Of a DNA stretch of 64,000 bases, positions 42,102 to 55,367 are shown in pieces. The translations under genes and the position numbers were made by a program. The stretch is from NCBI GenBank assembly GCA_002189035.1, contig NEEC01000018.1, positions 930,001-994,000 of the forward strand. Direction: 5' to 3'. A model generated the notes under the pieces. The model was not told where the DNA came from. It saw only the letters and a list, made by a program, of their open reading frames with translations, and ran no database searches. This stretch comes from Utricularia gibba. Its lineage: Eukaryota; Plantae; Magnoliophyta. Position 1 is the stretch's first letter. Every line of letters starts with the position of its first letter.

Positions 42102-43623
42102 TTTCTTCTCTGTCAGTACCTAACACCGGTTTCACGAAACGCGTAGAAGCAAATTAAGAGGCATGCAACGCGACTGATTCCCCTAGCAGTATCAGATCTC
42201 CCATTATATTAATAAAGGACGAGTGAATGCATTTATAGAAACTCTACCAGTAAAATATTCAAGCACCCACCCACGCATGAACAGTAGTTTCAGTTTTCAC
42301 CGCCCTCCTCCACCCCTCCCCACCCCCCCATGAATTCGAACCCTTCAAAGCAAACACACCCAGAGCACATTCCGTAATCCGATAAACTGCAGGAATTCAA
42401 GCAATGCAGGTTAAAAAAACCCTACCGCGCGATGCTCTGAGGGAGAATTGCAGTGGCAGCAAGATGCCCACCTTCTGTTCGATTCAATTCCATTTCTTTT
42501 TGTTTTGTTTCCATTTTCATGTTTATTTAAACTGCTATACGAGTCAAAATCAGTGCATGGGTTTCCCGGGATGGCGACAAAGCAGCATACTGGTTTAAAA
42601 CCGGGTCCAAATGCGGGTCACAACTTGGACACCCTATATGGCCACAAACCTCTGTAGCTTGATTCCTTTTCATGTTTCTATGGACACCAGCCGAGTGGGT
42701 CCCATAGGCACGGCTTCATTCACTCGCTACATTTAATAACTTTGGGATAGGTTTGGTCGGTGGTTATAATAATATTTTATTTTTAATAAATGCTTTTTAG
42801 GTAATTAGATTTAACCCAAACTATAGGGTAACATGATTCTATTTAAAAAATATGTATTCATGTTAATAGTACCATTTTTAAGTACATAAAAATATATTAT
42901 TATAGGTATTGAGATTGAGATTCCATCCCATTTGTAGTACGCATTCATTATTTTAATAATATTTTATTCATAATAATAATTTAAGTTTATAATTTTTCTT
43001 AAAAGTATAAAAAAAGAACGAGATCGGCTCATGGGCTTTCGATTTGTTAATTTTGAGGGTTTTAATTTGAAATAGTAACGCGAACGAATGGTGAATATTT
43101 CAACTTGAGAATCCTATGATCCTATATAAAATCGCAGTTAGCTAATGTTTTAAAATTTTAAAATATAAGGTAAGTACACTCTCTTGAAAACCAATGTCCC
43201 AAATAAAATCAAATAAGATGGCACCATAGGTAAATAAAGAACATGAAACCAAAATAACAATAACTTACATTAATAATCCTAAAAAAAATAACAGGGGATA
43301 TGGTCAGAACTTCATAATATATTAAATGTTCAGAAGGAAATTACTACTTTACCCCTATCTCACCACTGTCGTCTGTCGCCTAGTTTTGCGGGTCGGAATA
43401 CTGGAGCGTCGGGACTGGGCACCTGGCGTGTCAATTAGAAAACACCCAATGTCACAAAAACTATTCACAAAATTGCAACAGTGTGTATTAAATTTACGAA
43501 ATTGTACTTTCTTTAATGTGTATATAAATATTTTATCATAAAGATTATAATTTGTATTTTTATAATACTTAATAATAATTTTCAGTAAAATATTTTTAAT
43601 AAATAATTTTTTATATTTTTCAG

Positions 43624-43897
43624 AAATTATTGTGATCTTATAAAATATATATTATTAGTATTAAAATTATTTAAAAAATATTTTTTAATTATAAAAACGA
43701 GTTTTTTTTAGATTAGAAATTATTTTGATTTAATGAAATATATATTATTAGTATTAAAATTATGTTAAAAATATTATTTATTATAAAAACGAGTTTATTT
43801 TAGATCAAAAATTATTTTGAACTTATGAAATCTATATTATTAGTGTTAACATTATTTATAAAGTATTATTTATTATTAAAAACGAGTTGATTTTAGG
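43624..43897. repeat. Three diverged ~92-bp tandem units flanked by imperfect inverted repeats (43445-43510 / 44005-44087)
   Basis: The unit core AAATTATT..GA....TAT.AAATATATATTATTAGT.TTAA.ATTAT...AAAAACGAGTT....TTAG recurs three times. The flanks share AATTTCGTAAA, AATACACAC and TTTTGTGACA in inverted orientation. Confidence 0.65.
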
Positions 43898-44639
43898 TGA
43901 TGATTTTTGAATAAAATTTTTTTTACTAAAAATCATTGTTAAATATTATAAAAATACAAATTATAATATTTGTGATACAATATTTACATACATATTAATA
44001 AAGGGTAATTTCGTAAACTTATACACAATAATCACACATAATACACACAGTGGTTAATTTTTTAAACATGTTTTGTGACAATGGATACTTTTAAAAATTA
44101 CCCCCATCTGGCTAGTCATTCTTGGATGCTGAAATTACTCAATACTACCCGGATTATTCTCTTACAATTACGCTTCTGCCCTTATGATACTTTTCTTGAC
44201 AGCTTCAGTTAGCACGACAAAGTGAGTTGGCATTTGGCAATGCACCTAAATTTGGTAAATGCATGTTTCAAAGTAGATAGATTAGCAAAATACAGTAAAT
44301 TTTTATTTTATTAGTGTTTTTCATAGGTTACAATGACAAAATTTGAGAAATGCATGTGTCACATTACATTTATTTGCAAAATACTAAAAGTTTTTCTTTA
44401 TTTTAAAAATTATATGTAATTTAAGTTTTCATTTACGAACTATCGTACTTTTTTATTTTTTAAATAAAAAAAAACTTATGGGGGGTATATCTTTACTTCA
44501 GGTAGGTGAACGATGAATAAAATAATCTTTACTTGAAAACAAAATAATCTTAAATATAATGTTTTTAAAAACTATATTAAATAATGCAATTCATTATTAA
44601 TAATGATATTAATAAAACTATACTAGTAAACTAATTAAA

Positions 44640-46045
44640 AAATTTTACAAAAATGTAATATAATAAATTATATAAGTTATTTAAGAAATAATAATTTAAT
44701 AATTTATTTTTATATGATTATAAAATATTTATATTTATAAAATATTTTTATATAAAAGTAACTATTTTTTACTCAAAATTATAATAAAAAATAGTTTTCT
44801 TATATTTTAAAATGATTTTTTAAATAATTAAAATCAATTATCATATTGAAATTGATATCAATTTTTATTTTATATTAATTACTAGAATTTTTCAATTTTT
44901 TGTGATTTTTACTTATTAATTATTTAACATACATGTTTAATATCATTTTACATTAACTGGAAGTATTCAAAATTTTTTTGTAATTCAGTTTATCATTTAT
45001 TCATTTGCAAATTATGAATTGAAAAATGATAACAATAATTAAGAATTTTTGAAAGTATTTTACAAAATTTTGAAAATGTTATATATGATTTTAAAATTGG
45101 AATACCATTAATTTACAAATAAATTTATAAATATAATGTATTTTACAAATAAAAAAAATTAGAGTAATTTGCAAAGTAAAGCAAAAGTTCCTACAAAATG
45201 CAAATAAACAACACTGACACATGCAAAATACTAATTATCTCTTGGACTAAATTAGGATTTTGCATGTGACATTGTTTTTTATTGGCATTTTACTAGAACT
45301 TTTGTTTTAATTTATGAATTACTTGATTTTGTTATATTTATTTATAAAATATATTATATTTATGAATTTGTATGCAAAATAATGGTACTTTAATTTTAAA
45401 TTTTTACAAAAATGTAGCATAATAAACGATATAAGTTATTTATGAAATAAAAAATTAGTAATTAATTTTTATATTATTATAATTTATTTATGATTATAAA
45501 ATATGTTACATAAAAGTAACTCTTTTTTTAATTTAAATTGTAACAAAAATATTTTTTGTATTTTGAAATAATTAAAATCAATCATCAATTTAAAATTAAT
45601 AACATTTTTTTAGTTTATGTTAATTATTACAATTATCCAATTTTTTTTGTAATTTTTGCTTATAATTATTTTTCATATATGTTCAATATCACTTTAAATT
45701 AAATGTAAATATTTAATTTTTTTGTAATTCAATTTTTTAATTTATAAGCACCTATAATTATATTTATTAAAATATTATTTATTCATTTGGAAATTATGAA
45801 AAATGATAATAACAATTATGGATATCTAAAAGTATTATACAAAATTTTGAATATCTTATATATAAGTAATATTTAAATATGTTATATGTGATTTTAAAAT
45901 TGAAATAACATTATTTTACAAAAAAATTCATAACTCTAATATATTTTACAAACAAAAATAACAAAGTCAAGTAATTTACAAATAAAAACAAAAGTTCCGA
46001 TAAAATGCCAATAAAAAATACTAACACATATAAAACACTAATTTA
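44640..46045. repeat. Two diverged ~600-bp AT-rich direct repeats (44640-45236, 45400-46045) with a foldback hairpin at 45163-45323
   Basis: Collinear shared blocks by eye (e.g. TTTTACAAAAATGTA, AATAATTAAAATCAAT, CAAAAGTTCC..AAAATGC.AATAAA). 45250-45323 is an imperfect reverse complement of 45163-45236. Confidence 0.6.
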
Positions 46046-47629
46046 CTTTTATCTCTTGGCAATCTAACCTTCTCCAACATAATTATTAGCAAAATAGTCC
46101 CATTTGGTAATTTTTTATGTAATAGTCTTGTTATACTTAAAATAATGATTTTATTCATTATGTATTTAATTTAATATATAAACAGAGTATTTTATAAATA
46201 TAACCTATAAATACAATTATTTTTAATTGATAAAAATCATATTTTAAAGTATAACTTTTTATAAAAAATATAAATTCAACAAACAAAATTATATTACATT
46301 TTTAAATGCAATGATAACGGTGCCTTATCATATATAAAACTATGACTGCATGGATTATGTAAAATTGCATTAATGATTCTTAATTTATATATATCGAAGT
46401 ATGGATACATGCATGGATTATACTAATTATTAATCTAATTTTATGTATTAATAATTTTTATATATACATAAACTTTTTATCCATAACGATGTATCATTAT
46501 TAATTTTTATATATTTGTATTTTTTGAATATAGTTAATTATTTTTATTATATAAAATATAGTACTTTAGAGTGTTTAATAAAAATAGAGTTATTTAACAA
46601 ACAATTTTACAAAAGAAGTCTATTTTACGAATGATTGTGAAAAGGGATTATTTGACTAATAAAATTGTAAAATCAGTCTATTTTGCTAAAAAAACCCGCA
46701 CGACAAAAGCCTTCGTCGATCTTACTCGCATTCTTGTGCCGAATTCCTGTAAAATGCCAATGAATTACACGCTAATCCGCCGCTTCAGTTCTCCGTCGAG
46801 AAGAAATCGGTACGGCTTCCTTCTCCGCCGCTGGTTATGGCTCCGCCGATCCAATTGGGTAATGAGAACCCTTCTTCCATCCCTTTCTTCAGGGACGATT
46901 TTCCCATATTCCAACGCGGTGTATTTTGACGATATGCCTCATTTCCAGACTCTACGATTCTTTCTTCAATCCAAGTACCAGTGGGCATTGGATGATTAAT
47001 ACGAGAGTAATGGGAAAGTAATCAAGATTTGTACTTGCGTGATCGCGCATTGTCAAGATTTGTACTTGTGTTGCACAAATGGGGAGTAATCAAAAAAGGC
47101 AAAAAAGCCCAGGAGAAGAGCTCCTTTTCCTCCCCCACTCCATTTGACTTTAACCTCAAACCCAAGCCCACCGTTTCTTTTACTTTTAAAATATTTTTCT
47201 ATAATAGAAAATTAATTTATAAAATTAACATAAGATTCTAAATGGATTCCTACCGGTTTACATAGTTTTCTTCATGTGGTTGATATATTAGAATAAATAA
47301 TTCTATATCAGGATTTGAAATTAAAATAATTACTAATATTAAAAAAATACAAATTATCATTAATTTCTTAGATTAATTTTTTTAATATTATTTATATTTA
47401 TTATTTACTTGAATTTCATGTATATTCGTATATCTATCAAATACTTAATTTCAAATGTTTTTTTTTATCAGTAATTTAAAGTTTTGTAATGATATGTTGT
47501 GTTGTATTTCATATTTTGAAACGCATGAAAAGAATTGCCACCCAACAAGCGAGGTGATTCTATGTTCTGGGAGCATACTGTTTCGAAAGAGGTGTGTCAT
47601 AGATTTGAGTAAAAGATCAAAATATACTT

Positions 47630-47731
47630 GGTTTCTGCAAAAAGGCCGGAATGCAGCCACTGGTGCCTTCCGGGAGTTACCGATGTGTGGAACGAGTTAA
47701 ATATGCAACGTTGGTGCTCAGACAAAGTTAA
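47630..47731 (+). pseudogene. Orphan 3' fragment of a TBL5-like gene
   Basis: Encodes VSAKRPECSHWCLPGVTDVWNEL-(1-nt frameshift)-YATLVLRQS*. 47630-47677 matches 63953-64000 at 44 of 48 nt, and there is no homology upstream of 47630. Confidence 0.88.
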
Positions 47732-48319
47732 GTGAAACCAGCAACATTCTTGTATTTCTGTGGTCAGCTGCCTTTTTCTTGGGAGATTGGTCCCAAATCC
47801 ACGGTTCCTTTTTCATGCCCACATCTCTGTGCCGAGCTAAGTTAAACTCCATGAACACCTGCAACCCCCTTTGGATCCAAATCATTAATTAAACCAAGAG
47901 ATAAGACACATACAAGAACCTGTGCTTGGGATACAAGAGACTTGCCGACAAGAGCTGTTCGGAAAAGTGGGTATGATGTGAACGTTGATTGGGTACGGCT
48001 TCTGTTCCCGGAGCATCAGCCTTAGCATTATCGGCCGACTAATTAATGTTAGTGGAGTGCCGTATGAAAGCCGCTGAGAAACTGGGCGGGGCCCCATTCT
48101 CAGTCAATCTCGCCGCGGAAGCCCAAATCCTCTCGCTGTCAGTCTGCAACGGCTTCCTCTCTGTCTCTCTCTGGCTCTTTGTTTCACATGGAAATGCTGT
48201 CTCAATCCTTAAAAGGGTTTGTATTATTCCTTATTTCTCACGGTGTTTCCTTTCACTGCTTGTGGGAGAATGCTGAGGTTTTGCTTCTGACGATAATCTG
48301 AGTCCTGGTGAAGAGGAAA

Positions 48320-50576
48320 ATGTTGGGTTTCTTGAGTAGAAAGGACGTTAGAAAGATTCTTAAGCGGAAAGACAGTGATGCTGGTGAAAGAGGTTAGTGT
48401 TTTCGCTTCAACTTTTTATCCATCTCATTTCCTTACGATAAGCCTTAGCTTGTTTGCGATTGCTGTTCTTAAGTACCCAGGAAGCTTGTTTTTTTACTGG
48501 TTTGATGATTTGCAAAATAACCAAAAGTGAAGCAAGTATTCTGACTGCTCCAACCCAGTCATAAAAATTTGATTTTGCTCCTATTGGTTTTAGTATTCTG
48601 TTCCTTCACGCGCATCGCCGATCTCCAAATTGTGAGCCAAAATATCCTTCTTGTATTTTCACTGCTGATTGAAGCGATCAATGTTCTGCGGGTTTTGGTT
48701 CTCCATTGACCGACATTTTGCAAGAAATTTGATCATAACATAGTCCACGTGAAGCTCAATTATGAGTTCTTTGAAACCTGGGACTGGATTCTTGAAGAAT
48801 TATCAATCAGCGTAATCCAGTAGAGTGGATCTTGAAAGTGATTCTAATAGCTTCAGCCATCCTAGAGCATTCTGTTTTGTTGTTTCCTCGTGCTTTAACG
48901 ATCGGTAAGTTGTCTCACTGTGCTAAGAACCTTGGAAGTTGAAGATGGTGGATATGGAGTCTATATGATAGTCATGGAACAATTCCCTGTAGAGATTTTT
49001 CTCTTCCTTGTTTTGTTACCATCGCTATGCAAATGGTTCCAGTCCTTTTACAGTGAACTATATGAAACTATAGTGGACTGAGTGATGGTATCTTTAATCT
49101 CCTCACAGGTAGAGCCTTGGAGGACATACGGTCATCATTGTTCAGTAAATTATGTTTTCTTGGCGGCGCAAAACATCAAACACAATCGTTGTGGCGACCC
49201 ACTGCTGCTCTTACATTTAATTTCTGGGTTTCTGTTAGTATCATCCTGATGAACAAACTGGTAAACTGTGCCTATTTTCTCCTACATTTTGTTAGTTTTA
49301 AACTGTGTTGCTCTTAGTCTCTACTCTTTGTAATGCTCTGCTAGGTACTTGTCAAGACGGGGTTTAAATATCCCATTTTCTTGACTTTTATCCACTATGT
49401 GTTCAGCTGGTTCATTATGACAGTTCTAAAAGCTATGTCGATCATCTCTCTATCTTCCCCACAAAAGTCTACAAACTACACTTCATTGTTGTCACTTGGT
49501 GTGGTCATGTCCCTCTCCACTGGTCTTGCTAATGTTAGCCTGAAGTACAACAGGTGAACAGACGCTCAATATTAGGATTCCCCAGTTTGTCTGTCCTGCA
49601 ACTAGTTTGAAACCATGTTCCCTCTTGGCTCTCCAGTATTGGATTCTATCAGATGGCTAAAATTGCCGTCACCCCTGCCATTGTTTCAACTGAATTTGCT
49701 CTCTTCAAAAGAAGAATTCCGGCGAATAAGGTAGGCATGGATAATGATGATGATGATGATGATCAGCATCTGAATGCTGCTACTTCTGTTCCAGGTCCTT
49801 GCTCTTGCAGTAGTATCAGTCGGGGTCGCCATTGCTACAGTGACAGACCTCGAGTTCCATTTTTTCGGTGCTTGTGTAGCTGTGGCATGGATTATTCCCA
49901 GTGCAGTGAACAAGATACTGTGGTCTAGTCTCCAACAGCATGATAACTGGAATGCTCTAGCGTAAGCCTCCTCATCTGCTTCTTTCTGGTTCAGGGGAAG
50001 GAGGGCAACAAACAATAATCTGTCTGTCTGTCTGCTGGAAACCACAGGCTAATGTGGAAAACAACTCCCATCACTCTGCTCTTCCTTGTGATGCTGATGC
50101 CGTATCTCGACCCTCCGGGCTCCCTCTCCTTCCAGTGGAACCTCTCCAACTGCGTAATTATTAGCAGTTCTGCAGTTCTGGGATTCTTGCTCCAGTGGTC
50201 CGGCGCTCTAGCTCTCGGGTAAGCATTGTTGTCCTTCACAGAAAAGACGACAGGCTCATGTTGTTTTAGTTCATTCGACCATCCACTGGTCCGCCGTGTA
50301 ATGGTTGTTTGCAGGGCGACGTCGGCGACAACCCACGCGGTGCTCGGGCAGTTCAAGACGTGCAGCATCCTCCTCGGTGGCTTCCTCCTCTTCGGAGAAA
50401 ATCCGGGAGCGACGAGCATCCTCGGAGCTGCCGTGGCCCTTTCCGGGATGTCATTCTACACGTACCTAAACTTGCAACCAGGGAAGGCGTTAACGGTGCC
50501 GGGTCATCAAGCTTCCGTTCCACTGCCCAAGTCCATGCTCAGCAAAGAAAAGGTGGACGGGGAAGAACACGTCTGA
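48320..50576 (+). CDS. Nucleotide-sugar transporter (triose-phosphate transporter/UXT-like superfamily); 7 exons
   Basis: N-terminus RKDVRKILKRKDSDAGERG and motifs ALTFNF..SIILMNKL, GLANVSLKYNSIGFYQMAKIAVTP, ALMWKTTPIT, LQWSGALALGATSATTHAVLGQFKTC; all introns are GT-AG. Confidence 0.92.
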
Positions 50577-52239
50577 TCTCAAATACTCAATGTTTGTTTT
50601 GATCGAACTATTATTAAAATGAGTTGAATAGAATTTTTAATTGTTTTTAGAAAATTATTATTATTATTATTATTATTTATTAATGTTACTTCAATTTATA
50701 GTGAATATAAAAAAAATTAATTTTTTAAGTTTCAAAATTACGTTATAAATTTGTTTAATTTAATTTTTTTGTAAATAATTTATTCTCAAATTTATAAAAT
50801 TAAATATTTAAACCCATATATTAATAAAACTAATCAGTTGTGATACTAACATCATTATAAAGATACATAATTATAAATAATATATATAATTTCATTCTTC
50901 CTATTCTGATTGCCTTATTATCGTCAAACTCCAAAAAATTACGAAACGTGAACACTATATAACTCTAACAAAAGATTTTGATTGGTTGATCTTTATACGC
51001 AATTGAAAAAAAACTTCATCGCAAAATTTTGTTAGGTATGAAATTAGAGTTGGTTCATATTACCATGAACCGGTTCACTTTTTGAAAATTTTAAAAATCG
51101 TTTGGATCTTCATTCTATGATTTTGAAAATTTTATTTTTTTTTTTTACAATTTTGAATGTTGAAATTCAGATTGTTGATATTAATTGAAACATGAATTAC
51201 TGTTTTTACAATTTTTTTCATTTGTAATATATTAAAAATATTATTATAAAATATAACTATAAAAACATAACATGAAATTTATATGATTTATAAACCTAAA
51301 AATTATGTAAGGATTTGGAAATAATACTGTTTTACATGTTCAACATCAGTATCAATTAGAGGTTTCAAGATATTGAATATAAAAAATCGAACATACAATA
51401 ATTTTCAAATGAAATCAGATATAATTTCAAATCGTATCCTTCAACTTCTCTTAACCAAGTTTCATTAACCTTATTTTGGTTAAAGCATTAATCTTATGAT
51501 ATAAAAAAAAATTTGAATCCATACGCACAAATGGGATGTGTAACATAACAAAAACCAAGTATTTGATCATGTCTTCATTATTACACATTCAAATTGGAGA
51601 CAAACCGTTATTCCGGTATTACAAAGTTGGCTCCCGCCGCCATTAATACAACAAGGATTGACTTGAAATTGTTGCATCCTCGTAGAAGAAAAAAGGTTGT
51701 GGGGGTGCCCTACGTATCCCGATTGGCATCAAAACTCCATAAATTCTTGCATCCTCGTAGTCTACGGGCTGGAGCCTCGTATTTCAAAGGGCGCCCCTTC
51801 TTCACCCTACTGGGAAATTGGGGTGTCTTCCTCAACCCCAAAGTCAACTACCCATAACTAACACAACTGCAGTTTTTTTTTTTTTTCCTTTTGTTTATGG
51901 TGCAGAAGTATTTAGAACATGAATTTGATTTCGGTGGAATGTAGGATTGCGGAGCATGGTTTTTTTTAATAGAAATATTTAAATTTGATACAAATTAAAT
52001 GAATATATCTTATATAGTTTATTCAAAATAATGAATGAAAAAATTGTCTATTTGTACCAATTTAAAGAAATGAATATATTAATTTATCGCATTTGTATAC
52101 ATTTTTATAATAATTATCATAATGAATATTCAACTTATTTAAACTGTTTGTTATTTATTATATATTATAAAATATAATGAAATATTATTTAAATAAAAAC
52201 AAAATTGAATACATATGAGAAATTATTGAATATAAAATA

Positions 52240-52417
52240 GTGTTTTGGAAAATTTTTAAAATCTATTTCTATTTTTTAAAAATAAAAATATGTTTGTTTT
52301 AAAATACTTTTAATTATAAAAGTAATTCTATAATTACTTTTATTTTTATTTTTTATTTTTACTTTTCAAAAATAATTTTGAAAATTAAAAACAGATTTCA
52401 AAAATTTTCCACAACAC
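52240..52417. mobile_element. 178-bp MITE-like element with TA flanks
   Basis: ~25-bp near-perfect TIRs (GTGTTTTGGAAAATTTTTAAAATCT vs reverse complement of AGATTTCAAAAATTTTCCACAACAC), TA on both sides, and a related copy at 10947. Confidence 0.65.
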
Positions 52418-54555
52418 TAATTAAGTATACTTCTAGTCCCTTTTTTCGTAATAAAATAATATAAAATCATAAAAATCAAATAACTAAAATAAAACATATC
52501 ATATAAACAGAATGTGAAACATAACTTAGAAGATGTTATTACACGCGGACGGAGACACGTAGCATTAGCTAGAGAATCTTAAAATGATTTGATATTGAAT
52601 TCGGGTGGGTTCCGATCCATCGGATTCTTCGTCTATTTGAGAGTTATTTTTCCCAAGTTGAGATTAAAATAATTCTGGAGGTGATATGATTCTTGGTTAG
52701 GGAATCATTTTCTTGTAATCCATAAGATTGCTTTCAATCTAAAAAAGTCATAACGCATGTGACGCATTCAACCATGACCCATTCTCGATTCTATAAACAC
52801 TAACATAAATTAATTGTTTAAGATTTAATTAAGCAATCATTTTGTATTTAATTACAATTCCTAGACGCTCATTACAAGCCAGTCGTATTGAGTCGTGAAA
52901 ATGGATCGTACAATGAAAAGTTAGGTGTTCGAAAGATAACCTTATATTAAACTTTATTAGATTTTTTAATTAAATTTTATTATTTGAATCACAAAATTAA
53001 GAATGCGCGTATTAAAATGGTTGAGATTATTTTTGATAAATACAAGTATATTAAAAAGATTAAAAATTATATTTTTAAGTTATTTATATGTAATTTTTCT
53101 CATTTAAGAAAATGTTAGGTAGACAGAACGCTACACTATTCTGAATTTTTTTTAATAAAATAAATAATTAAAAAAAATCTACTCAAGTTCATGCATTTTT
53201 TTATAATGTTCACTTGGGAATATCATCTTCAAAAAGGGTTTTTTAATAAGAATTATTGTAATCAACGAATTAAAATTTCATTTAAAAAAAACAAATGATT
53301 ATGATTTCACAGTACCGTTCACAAAAGTTACATTGACCAATATTCGAAATTGGACTTCCGATTTAAACCAAAATCAAACTTTTAGTCAATTATTTTTAGG
53401 GAAAATGACCCAAGAAATTTTAAGAATAATTAATTTATTTAAAAAAACTAAAATCCAAAATTTTGACAAGATTTTGCAAGTTTATTATACGTTCCTATTT
53501 TGATGGGATTAGCATAACACTTCGAACAATAACTAGCTTAAATAACCAAGAATCCGGACTAATCTTGTATGTTCGGTTCACATAATTTCGTAAATTAATG
53601 TTTTTTAATTTCTTGAATAGATAAATCATTTTGTAGTAAAATAAAAATTTCAAATTTTACGATTAATTTCAAAAATATAAATTTTTTAAATTTTTATTTT
53701 AATTATTAAGTAAAATATTAATAAAAAATTATAGTATTTACTTTTATTTAATATAAAAATATATTTCTACCATAATATGAAAGTATATAATAATTTAATT
53801 AATTAAATTTTAAGTATATAATTTAATTTAATAAATTTTATAATATAATTATATACTATACAGTATAATATTTTTATAATCTTAAATTAATTCTATTCTA
53901 CATCATCTAAATATAGATTAATAATATAGAACACGGCCTTAATCCCACAATAAAATGATATAATGGCAATAATCGAAGGAATTTGCAAATGGTTTCCCAA
54001 TCAATATTTCTAATTTTTAGATAGTTTTTGGAGAAATATTGCACTCATTTTTACTTTTCTAAAAGTAGACACAAAATTATTCTATTCTTAAGGTTAGTGT
54101 TAAGATGAAATCTATAAAAGTAAAAATAGTAATAAGAAAAATTATATTTTAATCTATATTTAGTGTAAATTAAACATATTTTTTGATAGAAATAAAGTAA
54201 AAATAAGTTGTATTTGGTAGAAAAATAATTTTTATTTTTGGTTTAAATATTTTCCGGAAGAGTGATTTTCTGGAAATGAGAAGTTTTAAGAGTGTTATTG
54301 TCACAAAAAAATGCAAATAGTTATTAAATCAAAGCAACTGTTGTCATTATAATAATTAACACCATATAATTATAGTATAGTAACCACTAATTAATGCATA
54401 ATTAAAAATGTAAATAGATACATAATCCTCATTAGGCCCCTAAATATGCACACTAAAGTTGTGATTAATTGAGTCAGCGGGACAAATTGGTTCACTCATT
54501 ATAAAGGCGTTGGGACATCATCTTCTCGTGGGTTTCTTCTAACCATCACCAATTC

Positions 54556-55367
54556 ATGGAGGAAGACGACGAAGCACCTCTTGGTCTGGGGCTCCGCCTC
54601 GGGATCGGGGATTTCACGGCTGCCGGAAAGCCGAGGAGCGGCAAGAAACGAGTGTTCCTTGTCGATCTCCCGTTCCCGGTTCACAAAAGCAGCAGCGACG
54701 GGACGACGAGCGCCGACGATTCGAGTTTGAAGGAGGAAGTGGATGAAGGAGGAGGAGGTTGCAGCAGAAGCTATTCGAAGGATTTTGGAAGGAAGAAATT
54801 GAGGCTCACTAGAGATCAGACCTCATTGCTTGAAGATAGCTTCAGACATCAGACTACCCTCAACATGGTAATTGCATTAAGGGTGTGCTAGGTTTGTTTC
54901 TTGTCGCGTCTGGGGATTCTGATTAGGGTTTTTTGATCCACTCCAATAGGCTGAGAAACAGGCTCTAGCAGAGAAACTCAAGCTGAAGCCCAGACAAGTA
55001 GAGGTTTGGTTTCAGAACAGGAGGGCAAGGTTAGGGTGAAAGATCTCATTTTTTTATCCGTATAATGTTGATAAACTAAGCACAGAATGAGAGGAAGAAC
55101 TCAGTTCTGTTCCATGTCAGATGATTTCAATTCCATATCCTGAAATGCAGGACTAAGCTGAAGCAAACAGAAGTGGACTGCGAGCTCCTGAGGAAAAACT
55201 GCGAGAGACTATTGGAAGAGAATCGTCGACTAAAAGAGGAGTTATCGAAACTGGGAAAAGTCCTCCCGGAGTTCCTCCGGAGCTCTACGGTGCCGGAGAA
55301 GACAGGGAAACATCAACATAGGGGTGGCGGGGTGAAGCCGGCGGTGGTCCCGGAGCACCAACCCTAA
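54556..55367 (+). CDS. HD-Zip class II homeobox-leucine zipper protein; 3 exons (54556..54867, 54950..55030, 55151..55367)
   Basis: EAR-like LGLGLRLG, homeodomain [10 protein letters not shown]...LEDSF...[14 protein letters not shown] and zipper start [13 protein letters not shown]. Confidence 0.92.

Noticed and set aside
42330-42350. GGTTCGAATTC on the minus strand, resembling a tRNA/SINE B-box
   Set aside because: No A-box at a suitable distance and no cloverleaf can be formed.
43624-43897. Regularly spaced repeats as a possible CRISPR-like array
   Set aside because: The DNA is eukaryotic, the units are whole diverged tandem copies with no unique spacers, and there are no cas genes.
49731-49794. 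64-nt transporter intron containing a (GAT)n repeat that reads as poly-Asp in the ORF track
   Set aside because: It has normal GT-AG ends and a length not divisible by 3; the poly-Asp is a read-through artefact.
51594-51860. Small GC-richer island with a 14-bp direct repeat (TTGCATCCTCGTAG)
   Set aside because: No frame gives a recognisable protein and there are no TIRs or TSD; too little evidence to call.
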